Assembly: GCA_037447605.1 (NCBI GenBank) | Contig: CM074815.1 | Location: forward strand, 1,178,001 to 1,242,000 | Length of the DNA: 64,000 bases | Direction: 5' to 3' | Origin: Zygnema circumcarinatum SAG 698-1b | Taxonomy: Eukaryota > Plantae > Zygnematophyceae | In this document: in pieces, positions 58,878 to 64,000 of the stretch | How positions within the stretch are numbered: position 1 is the stretch's first letter | Layout: every line of letters begins with the position of its first letter | Notes under the pieces: generated by a model | The model's database searches: none | Seen by the model: only the letters and a program-made list of their open reading frames with translations | Told to the model about the DNA's origin: nothing | Program-made: the position numbers and the translations under genes

Positions 58878-61800
58878 ATGGCACGAGGCTATGGGTTGAA
58901 GAGCGGAGGGGGAGGGAAGGGCGGAGGGGGAGGGAAGGTCGGAGGGGGAGGGAAGGTCGGAGGGGGAGGGAAGGGGAGGGGAGGAAGGATGGGAACCGGC
59001 AGCCATGGCGGCGGCGGCGGAGGGAAGGGAGTTGAACGCCTCCTCCGTCTCTCGAAGGCAGGGGCCATGAAAGCGCTGCTAGGAGAGCAGGGAGTGGCGA
59101 AGGCGGAGACGAGAGAGGAGGACGAGGGCTTCGCCGCCATGGATGCTGGATACGAATATGAGGAGGCGGTGCCGGAGGAGGAGGCGGGGAAAAACCGTAG
59201 GTTCGATGATGTGGATGTGTATGAATATGAGCTTCCGGAAGACTTTGAGGTGAGCTAGAGTTTCCCTCTTCCCTTTTATGAGGTCGAATGCCGAGAAGGA
59301 GGAGGAGAATATCATAGTAAGAATTGAGGCAGCATGTTTAAAAGAATAAGTTTTTGCAGCTGGGGTACTTTCGGTACCTTGAACAACTCCAGCTGTGAAA
59401 CTTGTACTTGTGCGGTGATCACTAGTTGATAGTGGCAGAGGCAAGTATAGCGCTGCTTCTGTTGGGCTGCGTGGTTAGTTTTGGTTGACGTTAGTTTTGA
59501 TTCAAAACACGTTGTACTGTGCGATGTGTAGGATGAAGAAATCGACGAGGATATGGCTTTCACAGAAGACGATAAAGGAAAGTTTGGGCGAGGAGAGGAC
59601 GAAAATTTGGAGGATGACGAAGGGGAGGATGGTAATGACGATGATATAGACTTAAATAGTATGGAAGGCAGTGATCCTGACGCGGAGGAGGAGGACGAGG
59701 AGTACGATGATGAGGAGGAAGAGGAGGAGAAGAAGGCGGGGTTGGAGGGAGATGACGTGGGGGAGGGGAGGGAGGAGGGTCCTGAAGAGGAGAGTGAGGA
59801 GGAGGAGGAGGAGGAGGAGGAGGAGGAGGAGGAGGAGGACATGGATGCGGAGGATAGGGAGGCGAGGCACCAAAAGATGATAGCAGAGGTCACTGGAAGG
59901 ACACCGACCAAAAGTGCGTCAGCGAAAACAGGCGGGCTCCATTATAACCATTTAAAGCATGGGAGTCCTTATCTGGTAGCCTTCAGCAATGCCTATTAGC
60001 TCCTGGAATGGGCGTCGCGCTCAGTTTGTTGCCTCTGTAAAGGTCCAAGGATGTTGCTTGCTTTTGAAGAAGGAAAGACGAGACCCAGCTTTATGAGAGA
60101 TGCAATGCCTGCCAGAATTCCTCAAATTCTGCAGCGATGCATGCTGGAGTTCTTGAATGCTAACATATAGCCAACACCATGATGTGTGTATGTAAGCACG
60201 GTGAGCGTGGGTTCAAGTCTTACTATGATATGTGGGGAAGGGACCATCTTCTGAAATCGTTTCATGTGTCAAGAACCTAGTGGAACCTGTCCAATTTCAT
60301 GATTTCCGGACTTTGGGTTTACTGATTTCTCTAGGCCCAATCTAAAACCAGTATAAACGGTACATGCTGTCATTTTTGGAGGTGTCCATCGGATGTCGGC
60401 CATCGGTTCCATATTTTAACCTGTTTTAATTATTATTTCAGTACCTCATAGTAGGCATAACCATTTGAGGAGCAGCCAGCATTTGGTTGGGCCTCGTCAA
60501 TGAAACGGAGTCAAGAGATGCTAGAAATACTAGTACAACTTTTAGTTCTGCTACATATTTCTTCGAACAGTTTTGGCTGGGTAAGGTTGGTCTAGCGCTC
60601 GTTCACATTCTTCACCTGATATTCTGTCTATGTCGCTTTGGAGCATGTGGAATATTGTGCCGGCAACCTGTCCTTTGTATGCATTAACGGCGTGCAGACT
60701 TATTCTACGTTTTGACATTTTGTCTTTGCCTTCGTCGTGTGCATTATTGCTCAGCTGCCCGAACCCCGCGGAGGACATCGGTGGTCTCAGAGGCATATCC
60801 TGAGTCCGAGTTCAATCTTGACCTGTCTTCATCTGCTGCTGCTGGAGGCAGTCTTAGTGTAGAGGAGCTTTTGGAATCATTGGGGGGAGACTCGCTGGGA
60901 GGTGGAGGCCTTCCTGCTTTGAGAAAGAGACTGGAGCAGCAGCAGAAGAGAGGAGGCCCTGTTGCTGCTCCCTTACCAAAGCCCATTCGAGAGCGTTTGG
61001 AACGAAAGTAAGCGGCTAAAACTCCTGCTGTGTTTCATTACAAAAAAAGCCTGCTGGATTTGTTGGGGGAGGGAGCCTTCTGGACTGTTGCGACTGAATG
61101 TTCGTTCCGTGCATTGTTGGAAAACTTATGGAGCAAGCTATTATCTCTTCCCACTTTAGTTACCTATATTCTATGCTATATTTGCAGAGCTGGGTACGAA
61201 AAGACATCAGAAGATGTCTCAAAGTGGCAACCAATTGTGAAGCGCAATCGAGAGGCATCAACACTCGTGCTAAAGCAAAAGGACCAGGTCAACAATTTAA
61301 GTACGGGTGCCATAGTCGCCAAGTTCAAACCAACAACAGACTTTGAAAAGGAAATTGACCAGCTTTTGAATGAGAACGGGGCCACACAGGAGTCAATTGA
61401 GGAAGCAGAGGCCATGGAGCTAAACAAAGTGAGTAAAACCATCAAACCTAAATCCAATCTCGCATGATTTACGAGTGATGAATGGTGCGGTTGACATGAC
61501 GGAATGAACTGAAAGGCAGTTCTCTTGGGCGGGAAATGGGCTGTTCTGTAGTTGACGGTGGAGGAGGTTCATGCAAGAAAGGAGAGGCTGGCAAGGATGC
61601 GATCCCTCCTCTTCCGTTCCGAGCTTAAGGCGAAGCGGACGAAGAAAATCAAGTCAAAGACGTTCCACCGACTGATGCTCAAATCAGAACAGCGCAAAAA
61701 GCAGAAATCAGATCCAACGGAAGAGATGGACCCCGAGGAAGTGAAAGCTGCTGCAATCAAGCAAGAGTTTAGGAGAGCGCAGGTGAGTTTATAAGGATTG

Positions 61801-64000
61801 ACAACCACGTCGAGTAGCCTGTCTTGGGCTTGAAGGACATTTTTAATGTATACCCTTTGAGAGGTTTCAGAAGAGTGCTTCCAAAAGCATATCAAGCTGC
61901 CATGAACCGTTCACTGGAAGGTATGAAGAAAAAATTGTAATTTAAGGTTGGATTTCTTGGATGTGATGATGTTGTTGCAGGAACGTATGACTTTGAAACA
62001 TAGGAATACTTCGAAATGGGCAAAGCGTATTCTGCAGCGTGGACTGACTGCTCGGACTAATCCTGAGTCAGATGCGACCCGGGTAGCAATCGCAGAACAG
62101 CTCCAAATGCACCAAGATCTGAAAAGGAAGATCCACTCGGCAACCATTGGGAGGGAAGATGAGAGTGATGAGGAAGAAAGTGATTCTGACGAGGAAGCAG
62201 CACAGGAGGGAGAGGGGGAAGATGGAGGGGCTCTTGATGGAGGGAAGGTGAGGGGACTGGTATTGGGAAGTGGTAGAAATAAGATATTGGCCAAGGGAAA
62301 GGCTGCAATGTTGAAGGAGCTGGAACATAACCCTGACGAAGATGTTCCTACAACTGGACTGTTTGCGCTGCCTTTCATGGTGAGGCCCTAAACCTCGAAC
62401 CCTCTTCCAGAGGCAGCTCAGTATGTGTATAAAGGCTTACGGAGAAGAGAAGGTTTCTTTAGCCGGGGAGGAAAAATGAAAGTGTTAATTTAAGAACTTT
62501 GAAATTCAGCTGCTGTAGCCGAACATACTTTGAGCAGGAGTTAGATGTTATGACTGCTTGAAACTAATTGGGAAGAGGATTTTATTTAACGCCCTCTGAT
62601 GTATGGGCATTACAGGCACGCGCAATTGAGAAGAAACGCAAACAGGCAGAGCAGGAAGCCATGGCTGTGTTGCGGGAGCTTGAAGAGGAGGCGGAAAGAC
62701 AGCATTCGGATTCGGATGGCGAAAGAGAAGATGGGCAGAGCAGGGAGGAAGCAGAGGGTAATGATGACGGACCTGTGTCTGGCAGAAGGAATTTTGGATC
62801 TGCTGCTATGGCTGCCGATAGAGGTGCTGAGCAGGCGGGGGAGGATGGGGAAGAAGATGGAGGAGAGCGTGCAGGCGGCAGTGAGGGCGAATGGAATGAA
62901 AGCGAGGATGCATCTGGTGATGAGGGCAAAGATATCAGGATGGGGAATGGTGGGAGAAAGCAGAGCCGAACGTTAGGGATTGGAAAGCAGAAGGCCAAGG
63001 TTCATAATTCACGTCTGAAGGCTACCTTTGAAAGCGAAGAAACAGGCGGGGCGACAGTGGAACTTCCGGAGGATGGAAATGAAATCAGAGAGGTATGGCG
63101 TCTGTGTAGGTTAGGACATAGTTTTTGAGTGATTGAATTAATGGCATTGCATCTCACTCCTTGCTTGCCTCAGTGTTTGGCCTGTTATTCTTTGCCGTTT
63201 ATGTTTTTTCATGTATGCCCTGAACACATCATCCAATTTTGAATCGTCTATGGGATCAGAAAGAAGCTTTGAGCCTTGCCTGCTGGCAATAATCTTCATC
63301 TGGAATGGAGGCAGGTGGATATGTTTGGATGGGTGGAGCTGATGGCGGAATGATAAAGAGTATTCATGGGTTATTTTATGGCCTTTGCAGGTGGGCGTGT
63401 CTGCAGAATTCACTGTGAAAATGAAGGAGCCTTTCTCAGTGTATGACTTTACCGAGGATCACAGTGGCCCCTCCTTTCGAGAAGATGCAGAGGAGGGAGC
63501 ACCTTTGGTAGCCAATGCTGAACTTGAGAGACGAGCAGTTGCTGGTAATGGGGAAGCAGCAAAGGAAGGTCGGAAGTCTGTGGGCGGAGCTAAAAGTTAT
63601 GCCTCTTCCTTGGGGAATAATCCATCTCTTTTCGGACCCCAGGAAATGGGCAGCCAAGGGAGTAAGGCGGCAAAGGAAGGAAAGGTAAAGAATAAAGGGA
63701 CAGAGACAGAGAATGGACTACAAAGTGAGCGCGGTAAACAAACTAAGGGGCAGCGTGGAGAAGATAAGAGTGCTGCGAATGGGAAAGTTGCTAAGCCATT
63801 GGTTTCTACGGGTGTGCCTGTGGAGGACCAAGAGGAGGAGCAGGACTTAGAAGACGACGAGAAGGTTGAGGATGAGGATAATGGGTTTGATACAGGACTT
63901 GGCTTAGGTTCTGCGACTGAAATACCTGAAGGATCGTTTCTTGATGCAGTGGGGTCGCAGAGGGAGCTTATACAGAGAGCATTTGCAGGTGATGATGTTC
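58878..64000 (+). CDS. UTP14: U3 snoRNP-associated protein 14 (UTP14), 3'-truncated by the window
   Basis: YEYEEAVPEEEAGKNRRFDDVDVYEYELPEDFE, PLPKPIRERLERK, SKWQPIVKRNREA, RMRSLLFRSELKAKRTKKIKSKTFHRL, ERMTLKHRNTSKWAKRIL, GLFALPFM. N-terminal GGGGK repeats and poly-Glu tracts. Confidence 0.92.

Overview
Eukaryotic, intron-rich (GT-AG) genomic DNA. Plant-like GH1, ZNF830 and UTP14 sequences suggest a green-lineage genome, plausibly a streptophyte alga (inference). Host genes: NAA25 (121-7724, -); an EgtD-DinB-FGE fusion of the fungal Egt1 type for ergothioneine synthesis (9062-13109, -); an unknown spliced gene (~19121-22883, +); two tandem GH1 beta-glucosidases (24159-~29572 and 34295-~39179, -); ZNF830 (55489-57870, +); and UTP14 (58878 to beyond the window, +). 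Two divergent intergenic regions each hold a TA-flanked Tc1/mariner-type TIR shell containing the same Ty3/gypsy family (14056-16671, 40391-54641). The larger one nests a second Ty3/gypsy element and miniature LTR elements (TRIMs) whose LTRs look tRNA-derived. Between the GH1 genes is a 25/50-bp AATATATCG satellite, interrupted by a (TTTTTAGGG)n tract, itself interrupted by a hAT MITE with an 8-bp TSD. Several 10-N gaps and an apparently error-rich stretch (~41.3-48.3 kb) limit certainty in the TE regions. All calls were made by eye; no searches were run.
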